A stretch of DNA of 64,000 bases from an uncultured cyanobacterium (GCA_963793265.1 CAWBZI010000005.1:96001-160000); one strand, 5' to 3'. Counted from the stretch's first letter, positions 1-10,694 are shown. Translations and numbers: made by a program. Notes: generated from the letters alone by a model not told the origin.

Positions 1-72
1 CACAAGATCGCAAGATCCGTATTATCGCACTTCAGCCTAGAATTAAGGGCAGCTCTATCAAAACCACCTGTG

Positions 73-744
73 ATGACTCCTAACGATCAAAGTACGCTCG
101 ATCAAACCGCTACTCAGCTTGACGAAGAGGCTACTGAAAAAGGTCTTAGCGAAGAACAGTACAAGCGAAAAATGGAGCGCCGTAAGGAAGTTCAGGGCAA
201 GCGCTTGGCCGAACGCAAGGTCGAGAAAGGCTTGATTATAGTCAATACGGGCAACGGTAAAGGCAAAACAACGGCGGCGCTGGGCGTTGTGCTGCGATCG
301 CTTGGCCACGGATTTAGAGTCGCGATTGTGCAATTTATCAAAGGCGGCTGGGAGCCTGCGGAAAAAGCAGCGCTGAGTCACTGGCCCGAGCAGCTTCAGT
401 TTCATGCGATGGGCGAAGGCTTTACCTGGGAAACGCAGGATCGCGATCGCGATATCAAAACTGCTCAAGCCGCCTGGGAAAAAGCCCTCACCTACATCCG
501 CGATCCCGAATACCGCACCGTCTTACTCGATGAAGTCAACATCGCGCTCAAGCTCGGCTACCTTTCTGTTGAGCAGGTTTTAGCAGGGCTTGATGAAAAG
601 CCTGAAATGAGCCACGTAATTCTCACAGGTCGCGGCGCACCACCTGAGCTAATAGAGCGAGCCGATTTAGTTACTGAGATGACGCTAGTCAAACATCCCT
701 TTAAAGAGCAGGGCGTCAAAGCGCAAGCGGGTGTGGAATTTTAG
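73..744 (+). CDS. cobO: cob(I)alamin adenosyltransferase (CobO/BtuR)
   Basis: GLIIVNTGNGKGKTTAALG P-loop, VQFIKG, LLDEVN and LTGRGAP..ADLVTEM..KHPF motifs; ATG at 73 preferred over GTG at 70. Confidence 0.95.
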   Translation: MTPNDQSTLDQTATQLDEEATEKGLSEEQYKRKMERRKEVQGKRLAERKVEKGLIIVNTGNGKGKTTAALGVVLRSLGHGFRVAIVQFIKGGWEPAEKAALSHWPEQLQFHAMGEGFTWETQDRDRDIKTAQAAWEKALTYIRDPEYRTVLLDEVNIALKLGYLSVEQVLAGLDEKPEMSHVILTGRGAPPELIERADLVTEMTLVKHPFKEQGVKAQAGVEF

Positions 745-820
745 CAAACTGGTCTAGCGGTCACATCGCCGGAGTTCAACCTGCGGGATGATACTCGCAT
801 CGCGTGGCCTTTCTGCTTTC

Positions 821-1732
821 ATGCTCAAAATTTCTCGCCTTTCAAAACAGTTTGGTCAGCGCCAGGCACTCAGCGAACTGTCGTTAAACCTGCCCCCCGG
901 CGAAATCTACGGGCTGCTAGGGCCAAACGGAGCCGGTAAAACCACCGCCCTCAACATGCTTTGCGGTCTGCTCAATCCTGACAGCGGCGAAATTTTGATC
1001 AAAGGTCAGCCTGTCTCTGATGCGACAAAGATGCTAGTAGGCGTAATGCCGCAGCAAAACCTGCTGTACCAAAGTCTTACCTGCGGGGAGACACTGTTCT
1101 TTTTAGCTCGCATCTACGGCCTCAAAAAGAAGACTATTCCAACGAGAGTGCATAACTGTCTAGCAGCAGTGAACCTGGTCGATAGGGCTGACGCGGTAGT
1201 TGGAACGCTCAGCGGCGGGATGCAGCGGCGGTTGAGCCTAGCGGCGGCAATCATTCACCGGCCTAAGCTGGTGGTGCTTGATGAGCCGTCAACAGGACTG
1301 GATATTGAGTCGCGCTATGAGGTGTGGGAGCTGATTCGTAAGCTGAAGCAGCAGGGCGTGACGGTGCTACTAACGACGCATTTGCTAGATGAAGTGGAGC
1401 GGCTGTGCGATCGCATTGGCATTATCAAGCAAGGCAAGCTCTTAGCAGAAGGCACCATAGAAACGCTACGACAGCGCATACCGGCTGAGGAAGTGGTGAT
1501 TATTGAAACCGATGATGAGGCAGGGGCGATTGCGATCGCCAAGTCCCACGGGTTCACCCCTCGCCGCTACGGTAGCGATCTGGCCTTTTGGGTGCCCGAA
1601 CTTCTAGAGCTTCCCGAGCTACTCAACCGCTTTTCGAGCCTCACTGTTGAATCTATTTCTCGGCATCGTATTGGCCTAGAGCATATCTATCTAGAAGTCA
1701 CTCAAGAGCAGGCAAACCGGAAGCTTTTATAA
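821..1732 (+). CDS. ABC-2/multidrug-type ABC transporter ATP-binding protein
   Basis: Walker A GPNGAGKTT, signature LSGGMQRR, Walker B VVLDEP, H-loop TTH; start may be 788 or 821. Confidence 0.9.
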   Translation: MLKISRLSKQFGQRQALSELSLNLPPGEIYGLLGPNGAGKTTALNMLCGLLNPDSGEILIKGQPVSDATKMLVGVMPQQNLLYQSLTCGETLFFLARIYGLKKKTIPTRVHNCLAAVNLVDRADAVVGTLSGGMQRRLSLAAAIIHRPKLVVLDEPSTGLDIESRYEVWELIRKLKQQGVTVLLTTHLLDEVERLCDRIGIIKQGKLLAEGTIETLRQRIPAEEVVIIETDDEAGAIAIAKSHGFTPRRYGSDLAFWVPELLELPELLNRFSSLTVESISRHRIGLEHIYLEVTQEQANRKLL

Positions 1733-1796
1733 TGTCAATAGGTGATACAAATAGGCTGATATAAATAAAGATATGTAGTTGAGAGGCACTTTGGTG

Positions 1797-2021
1797 ATGG
1801 TGAAGCTTTTAGTTGTGATTATTCCGGCTGTGCTGTTGGTTGCGATCGCTATCCTCTCAGTCCAAAACGCCACACCCGTTGCCGTAACCTTCCTTACCGG
1901 CACGACCGTCGCCCTACCCATCGGCATCTGGATCGCCTTTGCCCTCGGTGCAGGCATGATTCTCACGGCTCTGCTGCTTAGTCTCTTCGGTGGCAAAAGT
2001 ACAAAAGCTAATCGTCTATAG
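1797..2021 (+). CDS. LapA/DUF1049-like small membrane protein
   Basis: Two hydrophobic segments around SVQNATPVAVTFL..LPIG. Confidence 0.7.
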   Translation: MVKLLVVIIPAVLLVAIAILSVQNATPVAVTFLTGTTVALPIGIWIAFALGAGMILTALLLSLFGGKSTKANRL

Positions 2022-2057
2022 AGACTTGATTACACTTGATACATGTTTATGTAGGCG

Positions 2058-2471
2058 ATGGTGATGACCCTTCAGGAATTGAAAGAGAAAGCAGCGGCGT
2101 TGTCGGTTGATGAGCGGTTGGAGTTGATTAGTGCGATCGCAAAATCACTTCGAGAGCGTCCAGAACAGGAAGCTGCTGAAGATATTGAGTGGGAGTTTCT
2201 AGAACGGCCCTCTCCCCCTCATCCTTGGAAAAAGCAGTTGTATATAAAAGGACGAAGGCTTTGGGTTTCTACCGTGTGGGGAGGAATGATTGCAAATGGA
2301 CTGACGCTTGAAGAAGCTGCTGACAACTGGGATCTTCCTATTGCAGCTATTGAAGAAGCGATTAAATATTGCGAAACTAATCAAGCGATTTTAGCTCAAG
2401 ACGCTGAAGAAGAACGCCGAGGTCTAGACAAAGAGGGAGTTCTTCTTGAGCCTGTTGCTGTTGCTGGATGA
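2058..2471 (+). CDS. DUF433-like putative antitoxin
   Basis: KQLYIKGRRL..GLTLEEAADNWDLPIAAIEEAIKY HTH-like pattern; overlaps the downstream PIN gene. Confidence 0.7.
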   Translation: MVMTLQELKEKAAALSVDERLELISAIAKSLRERPEQEAAEDIEWEFLERPSPPHPWKKQLYIKGRRLWVSTVWGGMIANGLTLEEAADNWDLPIAAIEEAIKYCETNQAILAQDAEEERRGLDKEGVLLEPVAVAG

Positions 2472-2805
2472 AGATACACAGGACAAGATATTAGTCAGGC
2501 TTCTAAGACGTTCAGGGCACGATGTCTTGACGATTTATGAAGCTGCTCTCGCAGGTACTGCGGACGATAAGGTGCTGGCTTTCGCTCACAAAGAAAATAG
2601 GATATTGATTACCCAAAACTGTTCCGACTTTCGAGAACTGCATACAATCAATCCTACACATTCGGGCATCCTGGCAATCTTTCAAGACGCTAATCCTAAG
2701 AATCGAATGGGACATCACGCTATTGTCAAAGCAATCAGTAACATTGAACGTGCAGAAGTACCTATTGCAAATCAATTCATCAATCTCAACCAGTGGAAAT
2801 CGTAG
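2446..2805 (+). CDS. DUF5615 family PIN-like toxin
   Basis: LLLDED, GHDV, DDKVL..A..ENRILITQNCSDF, HSGIL motifs. Confidence 0.85.
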   Translation: MSLLLLLDEDTQDKILVRLLRRSGHDVLTIYEAALAGTADDKVLAFAHKENRILITQNCSDFRELHTINPTHSGILAIFQDANPKNRMGHHAIVKAISNIERAEVPIANQFINLNQWKS

Positions 2806-5409
2806 TCAGGTTAAAATTGCGCCGCCCATAAGCTTTTGATAACGCCGCTTTAGCTCTTTTTCCATTAGCGGCCATCTCGTCAGGCCATCTTCACCAGATT
2901 CAGTTTCAGTATCTAGCACCTTAGTTGCCGCCGTTCGCGCGAGTTCTAACACTTCCTGATCTTCTACCAGGCTCGCAAGCGCAAAGTCCGGCAAGCCCGA
3001 CTGACGGGTACCCAGGACTTGCCCTGGCCCGCGAAAGCGCATGTCCATTTCAGAGATAAAGAAGCCATCTTGCGATTGTTCCATCACGCGCAGCCTTTGC
3101 AAGGCAATCTCGCTTTTGCTACTGGTCATAAGCAAGCAGAAAGACTGATCGCCACCGCGCCCTACCCGGCCTCTAAGCTGATGAAGCTGAGAGAGGCCAA
3201 AGCGTTCAGCATGTTCTATGAGCATGACGGTAGCATTGGGAACGTCTACCCCAACCTCTACGACCGTTGTAGAAACTAATATTTGAGTTGTTTTTTCTCT
3301 GAAGGCACTGATGGCTGCGTCTTTATCGGCTGAGCTAAGTCGTCCGTGCAATAGACCCACGCTAAACTCGGGGAAAATAGTCTCTTGCAAGCGGCTGTGT
3401 TCTTCTATTGCAGAGCGGAGGTCTAGCTTTTCGGATTCTTCTACTAACGGAAGAACAATATAAACCTGACGACCTTGCGCAATCTCACGACTGATGAGAT
3501 CGTAGGCGTCGGTACGCTCTTTGCCACCTAGCACTGTGGTTTGAATCGCTTTTCTTCCCGGAGGAAGTTCGTCGATTTGGCTGACATCTAAGTCGCCGTG
3601 AATGGTGAGCGCTAGGGTGCGGGGAATTGGGGTTGCGGTGAGTGTCAGCACGTGGGGATTGTCTCCTTTTTGCTGGAGTCTGGCTCTTTGCGCCACGCCA
3701 AAGCGGTGCTGCTCGTCAATGGCAACTAGGCCCAGGTTCGTAAACTTTACCGGGTCTTCTATCAGCGCATGAGTGCCCACCAATACGGGCAGCTCGCCAG
3801 TCATGAGTTCTTGGTGGATTTGCTTACGTTTGGCGGTTTTAGTAGAGCCTGTCAGCAGCTCTACAGGTAAGTGCAACAGATTGAACCATTCAACTAACTT
3901 GCGATAGTGCTGTTCAGCCAACACTTCGGTTGGGGCCATCAGCGCGGCCTGATAGCCTGCTTGAATGGCGGCTAGTATGCCGACAACGGCCACGACCGTT
4001 TTACCTGAGCCCACGTCCCCTTGCACTAAGCGATTCATAGGTGCAGTGTCTTGCAAGTCCGTGAGGATCTCTTGCACGACTCGCTGCTGTGCGCCTGTGA
4101 ACTTGAAAGGAAGCACTTTGTAGAATGCTTCGATTAGCTCGCCTGTCGGAGCCATTTGCACGGTGGTCTGTTGCTTTTGTTGTTCTTTGCGGCGGCGTAG
4201 AAGGCCAAGCTGTAGGTAGAAGAATTCATCGAAGACTAAGCGGCGGCGGGCGATCGCAAGTTCTTCAGTGCCGGGCGGGAAATGGATGTGTGCGATCGCC
4301 ACCGCCAAATCCACCAGCTCATACTTCTCCCGCAATCCTCTCGGCAGCGGATCTTTTAACGCCACCACCGAAGGCAGCGCGATCGCCACCGCCTTCCGCA
4401 CCAAATCAGCGCCAACCCCTTCTGTAAGCGGATACACCGGCACCACTCTACCCACCTTCAGCGAATCAATCGAATCGCCTTCGCCGCCCAGCACCTCAAT
4501 CTCAGGATTATCTATATTAATGCCGTACTTCGTCTGCTTCACTAGCCCCGAAATCGCGACCACCGCGCCCGGCGGATAAAGTCTCTTTTGCCGCTCTTGC
4601 CAGCCGCGATGGCGAAAGCGTGTGCCCGCATAAAAGCGACTTATCTTAAGCCGAGACGTAGAGTCGTACACGGTCACATCAAACATCGTCAGCTTAGGAT
4701 TACGCGGAGAGTTAAAGCAATTGCAGCGCTTTACCGTCGCAACAATCGTCACTGTTTCGCCGGGCACCAAGTCTTTAATCTTTACCTGCCGCGCATAGTC
4801 AATGTAGTCGCGTGGATAGTAAAAGAGTACGTCTCGAATGCTCAGCAGCCCTAATTTAGCGAGCTTTTCAGCTTTTTGAGGGCCGATGCCTTTGAGATAG
4901 GTCAGGGGCTTATCGAGCGGATGACCTGAATCTGAGCGATTGGCTAAACCCGTTACGTCAGTAGTTTTAGGAGACTTGACCTTACGTTTGGTTTTGCTCT
5001 TGGTCTTTTCGTTCTTAGAACTGTGCTTATCGCCTGCTTCCTTCTGGTAGGAAGCGCCCGACTCTGCAAGCAGTGGCAAAGCATCTGCGGTTTGTCGAGC
5101 GCGATGTAAAAATCGTCGGGTATCGGCTACTAAATGCTGTCGTGCTGAAAAAGAGAGTTCGTTGTATTGTTTGAACCGTTCGGCTAACGCTGTCCACTTG
5201 TCGCGATCGCGCATCTGCCCCGCCAAAGTCTCACTAAGCCCTTTAACGCCATCCAGCAGGCTACTCGCCACAAACTCACTAAAAAGCTGCTGGTGCCCCT
5301 CAATATTATTGAACCCGCGATCCGACTCCACGCTCAGCGCCTTTTGCAGCCGCACCCAGTCTGGAAGAGCAGGTTTCGCAGATTCATTCGCAGGGTTAGT
5401 CATCATCAT
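2806..5409 (-). CDS. recG: ATP-dependent DNA helicase RecG
   Basis: RLVQGDVGSGKT, MAPTEVLAEQH, IDEQHRFG, TATPIPRT, QLHQLRGRVGRG; start uncertain (5403-5445). Confidence 0.97.
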   Translation of the reverse strand: MMMTNPANESAKPALPDWVRLQKALSVESDRGFNNIEGHQQLFSEFVASSLLDGVKGLSETLAGQMRDRDKWTALAERFKQYNELSFSARQHLVADTRRFLHRARQTADALPLLAESGASYQKEAGDKHSSKNEKTKSKTKRKVKSPKTTDVTGLANRSDSGHPLDKPLTYLKGIGPQKAEKLAKLGLLSIRDVLFYYPRDYIDYARQVKIKDLVPGETVTIVATVKRCNCFNSPRNPKLTMFDVTVYDSTSRLKISRFYAGTRFRHRGWQERQKRLYPPGAVVAISGLVKQTKYGINIDNPEIEVLGGEGDSIDSLKVGRVVPVYPLTEGVGADLVRKAVAIALPSVVALKDPLPRGLREKYELVDLAVAIAHIHFPPGTEELAIARRRLVFDEFFYLQLGLLRRRKEQQKQQTTVQMAPTGELIEAFYKVLPFKFTGAQQRVVQEILTDLQDTAPMNRLVQGDVGSGKTVVAVVGILAAIQAGYQAALMAPTEVLAEQHYRKLVEWFNLLHLPVELLTGSTKTAKRKQIHQELMTGELPVLVGTHALIEDPVKFTNLGLVAIDEQHRFGVAQRARLQQKGDNPHVLTLTATPIPRTLALTIHGDLDVSQIDELPPGRKAIQTTVLGGKERTDAYDLISREIAQGRQVYIVLPLVEESEKLDLRSAIEEHSRLQETIFPEFSVGLLHGRLSSADKDAAISAFREKTTQILVSTTVVEVGVDVPNATVMLIEHAERFGLSQLHQLRGRVGRGGDQSFCLLMTSSKSEIALQRLRVMEQSQDGFFISEMDMRFRGPGQVLGTRQSGLPDFALASLVEDQEVLELARTAATKVLDTETESGEDGLTRWPLMEKELKRRYQKLMGGAILT

Positions 5410-6823
5410 CGTCTTGAGCGACTGTCCAGCTTGAGCGCCAGGCATCTTCTGCTTGAGCAGTTTCTAGCGATCGCTGTGTCTTCTTATATCGCATTCCTAG
5501 CTTTTTTAGCTCGCCCAGCTTCTGCCGCAAACGCCCCCGCCACGCTGACACCGTAGGATCGGTAAATTCTACCTCGCTCAACCGCAGGCTAATCGCCGCT
5601 AGCTCAGGCAGGGCGTCTATCTCAATAATTTTCGGCGGCATGGCAGGTCTTGGCCGCTGTGCCCCAGATCCGCGCCCCGAAGACCGCCTGCGCCCTGAAT
5701 GTCGATCTGTAGAGCCGCCACCTGAGCGACCCGATCGTCGATTCGATGGACTGTCTAGCGATCGCCTACGCCCTTCTCGATCAGAGCGCCGAGAGTCTCG
5801 ATTTCGAACCTCCCGATAGTCCTCATCACCATCCTCCTCGTCTTCCATCATAGACTCGCCGTGCATCACTCGCACCGACATCCTCACCACATTAGGCACC
5901 GAATTAATCGGCTCGCCCATGCCCCGAGAATCAGAAGCCGCTGCCATCAGCGCCTTAGGAAAAGTTGGCATCACGTCCGCTTTTTGCAGCAGCTCGTTAG
6001 ACGCGTCCGAAACGGTTTTAAACACATCTCGAATCGCTTTCTCCAACAGCATTTGCTGCTTCATCAAATGAATTGGCGTTAGCGGGCCGTCTTCTTTATC
6101 ACCAACTTCCTTATCGCTACCACTGGGCAGTCCCTTGATCTGCATTGAGCGGCGAGCCAACCCCTCCAAAGCCGCCAGCAAATCTTCTTCTTCATCTAAA
6201 GACAAGCGCTGATCAGCCGGAGGCACTTCCATCTCAAAATCTATATCGTCATCGTCTGAATCATCATCTTCGAAGCCGCTATCTGAGTCACTATCTGAGT
6301 CACTATCCAAGTCTTGCTGAAGCATCGTTTCAAACTCTTCAGCAAATACTTCGTCGCCATACTCATTGCGCCTGCGACCGTCAGGCGATCGCTCTTCAGC
6401 TTCAAACCCATCCAAATCATCCTCATAATCATCCGCAGGCAATCCAGACTCAGACGATCCCCCGCTGCCTGTTCTGGCCTCTAGCAGCTGCTGTAAAAAG
6501 GCCAAGCCATCATGGTTTTGAGGGCGGCGGCTCATGACGATGGAACGTTCGCGCTGTTCGGTGAGCTGCTCGTAAATTTGGGTTGCGATCGCCTGCAAAG
6601 ACTGCTGAAGCTGATTGCGTTTGTCCCAGGAGAGCGCCAAAAACTTATCAGGATATGCCTGCGTGCACAAATGATAGGCCGCCTGCACCAACTGCCGCTT
6701 ACTGGCCTCGCTCAGCGCCTTCAAATAGCCCTCATACAAAGGCTCCAAAGTATCTGCCATCGCCTCAGTTTTCTGCTGAAGCAAAGATAGTTCCTGTTCA
6801 ATTTGGCCACTCGCCTTAACCAT
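5396..6823 (-). CDS. Hypothetical protein with coiled-coil ends and long acidic/Arg-Ser low-complexity inserts, coupled to recG
   Basis: 475-aa ORF whose stop overlaps the recG start; LCTQAYP and AEDAWRSSW segments look like a cyanobacterial family. Confidence 0.8.
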   Translation of the reverse strand: MVKASGQIEQELSLLQQKTEAMADTLEPLYEGYLKALSEASKRQLVQAAYHLCTQAYPDKFLALSWDKRNQLQQSLQAIATQIYEQLTEQRERSIVMSRRPQNHDGLAFLQQLLEARTGSGGSSESGLPADDYEDDLDGFEAEERSPDGRRRNEYGDEVFAEEFETMLQQDLDSDSDSDSDSGFEDDDSDDDDIDFEMEVPPADQRLSLDEEEDLLAALEGLARRSMQIKGLPSGSDKEVGDKEDGPLTPIHLMKQQMLLEKAIRDVFKTVSDASNELLQKADVMPTFPKALMAAASDSRGMGEPINSVPNVVRMSVRVMHGESMMEDEEDGDEDYREVRNRDSRRSDREGRRRSLDSPSNRRSGRSGGGSTDRHSGRRRSSGRGSGAQRPRPAMPPKIIEIDALPELAAISLRLSEVEFTDPTVSAWRGRLRQKLGELKKLGMRYKKTQRSLETAQAEDAWRSSWTVAQDDDDD

Positions 6824-6927
6824 TCTCTATCGCCCAAGACTCATACAATACATAGCCAGCACCCACAGCGCCCATCTTTTACACGAAACCCATACCTCAA
6901 CAGTAACGAGTTTGCCTGCGACCTAAC

Positions 6928-6963
6928 AAAAATCGGGCTCTTCACATCATCAGAAGAACCCGA
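6928..6963 (-). terminator. Intrinsic terminator after tsf
   Basis: Minus strand TCGGGTTCTTC-loop-GAAGAGCCCGA followed by TTTTT. Confidence 0.75.
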
Positions 6964-7014
6964 ATCTCAAAAAGTCGCGAAAAAATCACAACTTTCAATG
7001 TCTGCTTCTAAGGT

Positions 7015-7677
7015 CTACTTCTTTTGACCCGTCTGAGCAGCCACTTCATCGGCAAAGTTAACCTCTTCTTTCTCAATGCCCTCACCCAAAATAAAGCGAG
7101 AGAATCGACGAATTTGAATGTTCTCACCAAGCTTAGAAACTGCCTGCTTTACCAGCTCTTCTACCGTGATGTTCTGGTCTTTAATAAAAGGCTGATCAAT
7201 CAAAGACAGCTCTTTGAGCCGCTTATCAATCCGACCTTGAACAATCTTCTCTTTGATGTTCTCAGGCTTTTTGCCCAAGTCATCACGGCCCATTTCAATA
7301 GACTTCTCACGCTCCACCATATCTGAAGGAATATCGTCAACTCTGACATATTCCACATTAGGAGAAGCCGCAATTTGCATTGCCACATCCTGCGCCAAAG
7401 ACTTAAATTCTTCGCGGCGGGCTACAAAGTCAGTCTCACAGTTAATCTCAACGAGCACACCTACGCGGCCACCCGTATGAATGTAGCTGTGCACCAGCCC
7501 TTCTGAAGCCACTCGGCTTTCTTTTTTAGCGGCTGAGGTAATGCCCTTCTGACGCAGCCATTCATTGGCCTTACTCACGTCGCCGTCACTTTCTATCAGC
7601 GCCTTTTTGCAATCCATCATGCCTGCGCCCGTCTGATCGCGCAGTTCTTTCACCTGCTTCGCAGAAATGTCTGCCAT
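7015..7677 (-). CDS. tsf: Elongation factor Ts (short cyanobacterial type)
   Basis: [38 protein letters not shown] at 7677. Confidence 0.97.
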   Translation of the reverse strand: MADISAKQVKELRDQTGAGMMDCKKALIESDGDVSKANEWLRQKGITSAAKKESRVASEGLVHSYIHTGGRVGVLVEINCETDFVARREEFKSLAQDVAMQIAASPNVEYVRVDDIPSDMVEREKSIEMGRDDLGKKPENIKEKIVQGRIDKRLKELSLIDQPFIKDQNITVEELVKQAVSKLGENIQIRRFSRFILGEGIEKEEVNFADEVAAQTGQKK

Positions 7678-7851
7678 CTTTCCGTATCGTCCTAATAGTT
7701 TTACGTCTTTACATGTAGTTGTAAGGGTTAGCGCAGCCAACCGTCAGTGCTTAAGCATACTTTGTCAGCAGCGCAGCGGCACAATATCGCCGCAAGCACT
7801 GCTGTGTAGATGCCTATAGCAAGCACTGACAATCATCAGCTAGCGTATCGT

Positions 7852-8679
7852 TCAGGCTTCGGCTGTAGCAGCAGGAGCAGCTTCTTCAGACTTAGCACCA
7901 ATCTCAGCGCCTTCGTCGTCATAATCTGCGCCATCGTAGCCATCGTAAATATCGGCTGCGTGAGCGGCATTCTTACCGCTACCGCTGTCCGTGCCGCCGC
8001 CACGAGAGCCTTCGTAAATGGCATCAGCCAAGCGACCCACCACCAGCTTAATCGCGCGAATCGCGTCGTCGTTCGCTGGAATGGGCACATCTACAACATC
8101 TGGATCGCAGTTGGTATCTAGCAAAGAAATGATCGGCAGACCGAGCTTCTGACATTCCTGTACAGCGTTGTACTCACGGCGTACGTCTACAATGATGACC
8201 GCATCAGGAATACGGCGCATGGTTTTGATACCGCCCAGATACTTCTGAAGCTTGTCTAGCTCGCGACGTAGCTGTGCGCCTTCTTTTTTAGGTCGCATAG
8301 CTAGCGCACCCGACGACTCCATCCGCTCAAGCTCCTTCAGGCGCTCAACGCGGGTTTTAATCGTCGTCCAGTTGGTGAGCATTCCGCCCAACCAGCGCTG
8401 GTTTACGTAGTAAGAACCGCAGCGATCGGCTTCATCGGCAACGATGCCCGCTGCCTGACGCTTAGTGCCGACAAAAAGGAAGCTTTTGCCGCTTTCTGCT
8501 GATTTGCGGACGTACTGATACGCCTCTTCAAGCAGAGTAGCGGTCTGAACGAGATCAATAATATGGACACCGTTGCGGGAAGTGAAGATGTATTCGTCCA
8601 TCTTCGGGTTCCAGCGTCGTGTTTGGTGACCAAAGTGCACGCCTGATTCAAGTAGATCAGACAGGGTTACTGCTGGCAT
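7852..8679 (-). CDS. rpsB: 30S ribosomal protein S2
   Basis: [44 protein letters not shown] at 8679. Confidence 0.98.
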   Translation of the reverse strand: MPAVTLSDLLESGVHFGHQTRRWNPKMDEYIFTSRNGVHIIDLVQTATLLEEAYQYVRKSAESGKSFLFVGTKRQAAGIVADEADRCGSYYVNQRWLGGMLTNWTTIKTRVERLKELERMESSGALAMRPKKEGAQLRRELDKLQKYLGGIKTMRRIPDAVIIVDVRREYNAVQECQKLGLPIISLLDTNCDPDVVDVPIPANDDAIRAIKLVVGRLADAIYEGSRGGGTDSGSGKNAAHAADIYDGYDGADYDDEGAEIGAKSEEAAPAATAEA

Positions 8680-8694
8680 ATGAAATTTCTCCTT

Positions 8695-8800
8695 CCGGGT
8701 TAAACCTCCATCTGGCTGCATTCAAGTAGCACGAGAACCTAAAACCTTAGTCTCAAGTCTCTATTTCGCTACCCAAACACCCGAAAATCCAGATGTGTGA
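8695..8800 (-). promoter_or_regulatory. rpsB 5' leader (t44/S2 autoregulatory leader-like)
   Basis: Minus strand TCACACATCTGG...CGGGTG...CCAGATGGAGGTTTAACCC: CATCTGG/CCAGATG stem plus the ACACA, GGGTG and TGGAGG..TAACC elements typical of rpsB leaders. Confidence 0.75.
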
Positions 8801-9005
8801 ATTTAATAGAACTGTACTAGGGTAGCACGCCTGTGAGGACTTGCGAGCAAGGCTTTTAAGAGGCTGGCAATTTTATTTTTCCAGATTTTTTCCAGGCGCT
8901 TCGACAGGGAGTTTTACACAGGCCCGTGGGAAAACTTCATTTATATAACGGCCACTTCATCAAAAGGGGCCAGCGACCACTATTCCACGATATTCCTGGG
9001 GCTCC

Positions 9006-10340
9006 ATGAGCAATATGCAATCGCCGCCATCTCCACCACCAAGACCCTCAGCACCCCCTCCACCACCGAGATCCGGCGGCGCAGCTCCCAGACCTGGCGC
9101 AGTTCCTCCCCCACCACCCGGAGCACGACCTGGCGTTCCTGCTCCCCCACCCGGCGCTAGACCAGCGGCTCCGCCTGCATCAGGGCCACAGACAGAGATG
9201 GTTAAGGCAGCACCTGCGGCTCGCGCAGCGGGGCATCGTGCGGCGGCTCCGCCCCCAATGCCAGGCGGGGGTGCCACTAGCGGCCCTTCACTCGAGAAGA
9301 TTATTCGTAAGGCTTTTGACGAAGGCTACTCGGATATTCACGTCGGCGTCGGTGAGGTACCACGCTACCGCAACCGAGGGGAGATTAACGCGACGGACTT
9401 TCCAGTCACGACCGAAGCAGATTTTGAGTCTTGGCTAAAAGAGATTTTGACGCCAGAAGATATTCAGCAGTTCAAAGACACGCTGGATTTTGACGGGGCG
9501 GCGCAGTACGAGTTCTCGCGCGTACGGATCAATATTTTCGTTAGTCTCAACGGCCCTTGCATGGTGATGCGACTGATCCCAGTTGAGATTTTGACGATGC
9601 AGCAGCTAAATCTGCCAGCGGTGATCAAAGACATGTGCCACTATCACAAGGGTTTGATCTTGGTGACGGGGCCTACGGGCTCGGGTAAGTCAACAACGAT
9701 GGCGGCGATGATTGACTACATCAATAAGGAAATGCCGAAGCACATTATTACCATCGAAGACCCGGTGGAATTTGTGCACCAGAGTCGTAAGTCGCTGATT
9801 AAGCAGCGAGAAGTGGGGGTGCATACTAAAAAGTTTAGTAATGCGCTAAAGGCTTCTTTGCGAGAAGATCCTGACATTATTCTAGTTGGAGAAATGCGGG
9901 ATAAGGAGACGATTGAGACGGCGCTGAAGGCTGCTCAAACGGGTCACCTTGTATTTGGAACGCTGCACACTAATAGCGCGGTGAAGACGGTTGAGCGGAT
10001 CTTGGGGATGTATGAGCCAGAGCAGCAGGCACCGGTTAGAGTTGCGATCGCTGAATCTCTCATTGGTGTTGTGGCCCAGGGCCTGTGCCGCACCACCGAC
10101 GGCAAACGCGCTGCCTTCCACGAAATTTTGATCAACACCGACGCGATTAAAGACTACATTTTGCGCGGTCAGCTTGATGAAGTGGAAGCGATTTTGCCGA
10201 ACTGTACCTTCGACGGCATGTGTACGATGAACCAGTCAATATATGGGCTGTACGAAGCCGGTCGGATTACCGAAGAGGTTGCCTTAGAGCAGTCGCCTAA
10301 GCAGAACGAGATGGCGCAGATGCTACGCGGTCGCGTTTAG
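9006..10340 (+). CDS. pilT: Type IV pilus retraction ATPase PilT/PilU family (PilT2-like, Pro-rich N-terminus)
   Basis: GPTGSGKSTT, TIEDPVEF, LREDPDIILVGEMRD, TGHLVFGTLHTNSA. Confidence 0.93.
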   Translation: MSNMQSPPSPPPRPSAPPPPPRSGGAAPRPGAVPPPPPGARPGVPAPPPGARPAAPPASGPQTEMVKAAPAARAAGHRAAAPPPMPGGGATSGPSLEKIIRKAFDEGYSDIHVGVGEVPRYRNRGEINATDFPVTTEADFESWLKEILTPEDIQQFKDTLDFDGAAQYEFSRVRINIFVSLNGPCMVMRLIPVEILTMQQLNLPAVIKDMCHYHKGLILVTGPTGSGKSTTMAAMIDYINKEMPKHIITIEDPVEFVHQSRKSLIKQREVGVHTKKFSNALKASLREDPDIILVGEMRDKETIETALKAAQTGHLVFGTLHTNSAVKTVERILGMYEPEQQAPVRVAIAESLIGVVAQGLCRTTDGKRAAFHEILINTDAIKDYILRGQLDEVEAILPNCTFDGMCTMNQSIYGLYEAGRITEEVALEQSPKQNEMAQMLRGRV

Positions 10341-10372
10341 CTTTAGTCAAGCATCCTTTTTCCTAAAAAAGC

Positions 10373-10402
10373 AAAAGCTCTCTGAAACTCAGAGAGCTTT
10401 TT
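10373..10402. terminator. Bidirectional intrinsic terminator between convergent pilT and higA
   Basis: AAAAGCTCTCTGA-AAC-TCAGAGAGCTTTT perfect 13-bp stem. Confidence 0.85.
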
Positions 10403-10406
10403 GAGT

Positions 10407-10694
10407 TTAAACCAGCTCTAGCTTTCTTAATTCTTCATGCGTAGATACCTGTTCTGCTTGCCAGAGATCGTAGTTCATTTGCATTTGTAGCCAGCTTTGC
10501 GGAGAGCGCCCCAGCACCTTAGACAACCGAATTGCCATATCCGGCGTTATTCTATTCTGCTCCGCAATCAATCTAGAAAATGTTGAAGGCGATACGTTCA
10601 GATGTGCAGCAACTTGTCTAGCACTAATATCAAACGGCTCTATATAAGTACGGCGAATAAACTTACCAGGATGGGGAGGGTTAAATTGTCTCAT
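10407..10694 (-). CDS. higA: HigA family antitoxin (XRE HTH)
   Basis: NPPHPG, ITPDMAIRLSKVLGRSPQSWLQMQMNYDLW. Confidence 0.9.
   Translation of the reverse strand: MRQFNPPHPGKFIRRTYIEPFDISARQVAAHLNVSPSTFSRLIAEQNRITPDMAIRLSKVLGRSPQSWLQMQMNYDLWQAEQVSTHEELRKLELV

Noticed and set aside
821..1732. ABC ATPase without a neighbouring permease as a special system
   Set aside because: Dispersed ABC components are common in cyanobacteria
9006..9290. Pro-rich PilT N-terminal extension as a novelty
   Set aside because: Known feature of cyanobacterial PilT2-type proteins
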